NCBI RefSeq assembly: GCF_049554935.1
Contig: NZ_CP186926.1
Coordinates: forward strand, 1,120,001 to 1,184,000
Length of the DNA stretch: 64,000 bases
Source: Methanocaldococcus indicus
Lineage (GTDB): Archaea > AGJL01 > Methanococci > Methanococcales > Methanocaldococcaceae
Direction: 5' to 3'
Below, in pieces: positions 62,556 through 64,000 of this stretch; the first letter of the stretch is position 1; the number at the start of each line of letters is the position of its first letter. A program made the translations under genes and the position numbers. Below the pieces are notes generated by a model, which was given only the letters and a program-made list of their open reading frames with translations, did no database searches and was not told the DNA's origin.

Positions 62556-63257
62556 GACACTGTCAAGTTAACGACTTCAACCAATTGTAGAACATCATGA
62601 AACTTTTAATCCAGCTAACAACTGTATCGAATTTGCTGTTATTAGGAAACCTATTATAAAATGCTTTAGTTCTTCGTTTGAGTAGTGAGAAAAAGCTTTC
62701 TACACAATTTCTCAGTCCGAATCTGACTCTTTCAAATTCTAAACCCAATCTTTGCAATGCCCACGGATACCATCTTCCACCATCGACCAAAATCTTCGGC
62801 TTATTAGAGCAAAATTTTAATATACTCTTAACGAATAATATAGTATCGAGGCAGTTTCTTGTTTCAGAAACATAAACTCCCAAGCACTCTTTCGATTCAA
62901 CATCAATAGCAGACCATACGTAAATATTTTCATTTCCAATCTTTAGTTTGGTCTCATCGATTGCAATTGCGTATCTTTCCTTTCTTTTAGGTTCGTTTAA
63001 AACATCTTTAATCTTGTGATAATAAGTCCTAACCGACTCATGGCTTATACTTTCGAATTGGGAAAGAAACAAACTTACCTTCCTCAACGATAGTCCAAGA
63101 TAATACAAAATCCCAGCTAAGATTTTAACTTCTATCGACTTCTTATTCCTTTTAAAAATCTTCTCCTCTTCGATTCTCTCCTTTAAGACTTCTATCGTGA
63201 GCTTCATATTTTATTATTTTTTATCAATTATTAATAAAAGCTTAACTTGACACTCTC
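62556..63257 (-). mobile_element. IS6 family element, copy 3 (intact 214-aa transposase 62563-63207)
   Basis: Same IRs and near-identical transposase. Confidence 0.93.
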
Positions 63258-63460
63258 ATTGATGATAGTATATTGTTATAAAAACTATAAATATTATCTT
63301 CTATAATATTTAGTTCATAATTTTTTATTTTATTATAGCAGTAATCAGGTAATATCCTATATGATTCACATATTTCCAAGAATTTATCAATATCAATATA
63401 AATATAATCATTTGTTAGTCTATTACTATTATTATACTTTAAATTAAAAAATACTGTCAT
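63258..63460 (-). pseudogene. 5' fragment of an unknown gene cut by IS6
   Basis: ATG overlaps the TauE stop; the ORF runs into the IS left IR. Confidence 0.5.
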
Positions 63461-64000
63461 AACATCACCATTATTGCTTTTATTTTTTTAATTAAAAGCA
63501 CCACACCCACAACTAAAATCATTAATGATATCATTTTTCTTAAATTTTTTGGTTTTATTTTTGAATTCAAGTATGCTCCCAAATAAACCCCAGGAATAGT
63601 TCCAAAAATTAAAAGTAAAACCAAATTATAATTAACACTTCCTAAACTTATATAACTTACACTGCTAAAAAATGTCAATAGAAGTCCATAAAATAAACTT
63701 GTTCCAATAACATCTCTTGGAGAAAGATTTGTAAAGTTCATTAATGCAAAAGTAATTAATACCCCACTACCTATGGACGTAAATTGAACAACCAGCCCTA
63801 CTAAAAATCCAAAAAATACTAAAATTTTGGATGAATTATATTTTTTATGAATACAAAAAAATTCTTTTTTTAAATTTATAATTGAAGTAAATATTAAAAC
63901 AATACTAAGCATTATTGTTAAAAAAGTATTTATTTCGTCTCTATTAATAGTTCTTAGTATTATAGAACCAATAGCTATAGCTGGAAAACTACCAAAAAAT
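63457..64000 (-). CDS. TauE/SafE sulfite exporter family membrane protein (5' end beyond window)
   Basis: GS.PA...G, G..VG..V..TS.GSG, IGT.L, G.IPG..LG; frame open to the window edge. Confidence 0.88.
   Translation of the reverse strand, partial: FFGSFPAIAIGSIILRTINRDEINTFLTIMLSIVLIFTSIINLKKEFFCIHKKYNSSKILVFFGFLVGLVVQFTSIGSGVLITFALMNFTNLSPRDVIGTSLFYGLLLTFFSSVSYISLGSVNYNLVLLLIFGTIPGVYLGAYLNSKIKPKNLRKMISLMILVVGVVLLIKKIKAIMVML

Noticed and set aside
972-62875. Many 60-120 aa antisense or nested ORFs in the track (e.g. 972-1328, 3370-3690, 14403-14717, 18880-19224, 22420-22770, 55443-55724)
   Set aside because: Shadow frames of well-supported genes, with F/S/I-rich composition typical of the reverse strand of AT-rich coding DNA

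Overview
AT-rich (~30% GC by eye) chromosome segment of a Methanococcales archaeon. The housekeeping proteins closely resemble those of Methanocaldococcus. Five parts: (1) 1-8.6 kb, core genes (DUF655, fni, RNase J, idsA, cimA, VWA). (2) 8.6-20.2 kb, an ~11.6 kb island bounded by a perfect 43-bp direct repeat that duplicates the 3' end of a pilin-like gene. It carries a dead transposase and one tightly coupled 9-gene operon: Hgd-type dehydratase + activase, GNAT, TGT/DpdA-like base-exchange enzyme, putative wHTH protein, small P-loop protein, large coiled-coil ATPase, PglZ-like phosphodiesterase and HerA-like ATPase. This reads as a BREX/Ssp-like defence system in which a guanine-transglycosylase module replaces the methyltransferase, and it is the best candidate for an undescribed system. 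(3) 20.2-29.3 kb, core genes, an orphan 12-repeat CRISPR array and an unannotated Pf9-like H/ACA guide RNA antisense to the truA 3' end. (4) 29.5-45.7 kb, surface glycosylation locus (flippase, two GT-C-like membrane proteins, PGF-pre-PGF surface protein with Gly-Tyr repeats, GT2s, B12 radical SAM). (5) 45.7-64 kb, IS6/IS982-disrupted region with ugd, an MNT-HEPN pair, a bacterial-type ADP-heptose pathway with three GT9 heptosyltransferases, a sulfotransferase and TauE. All family calls come from motif recognition by eye; no database searches were run.
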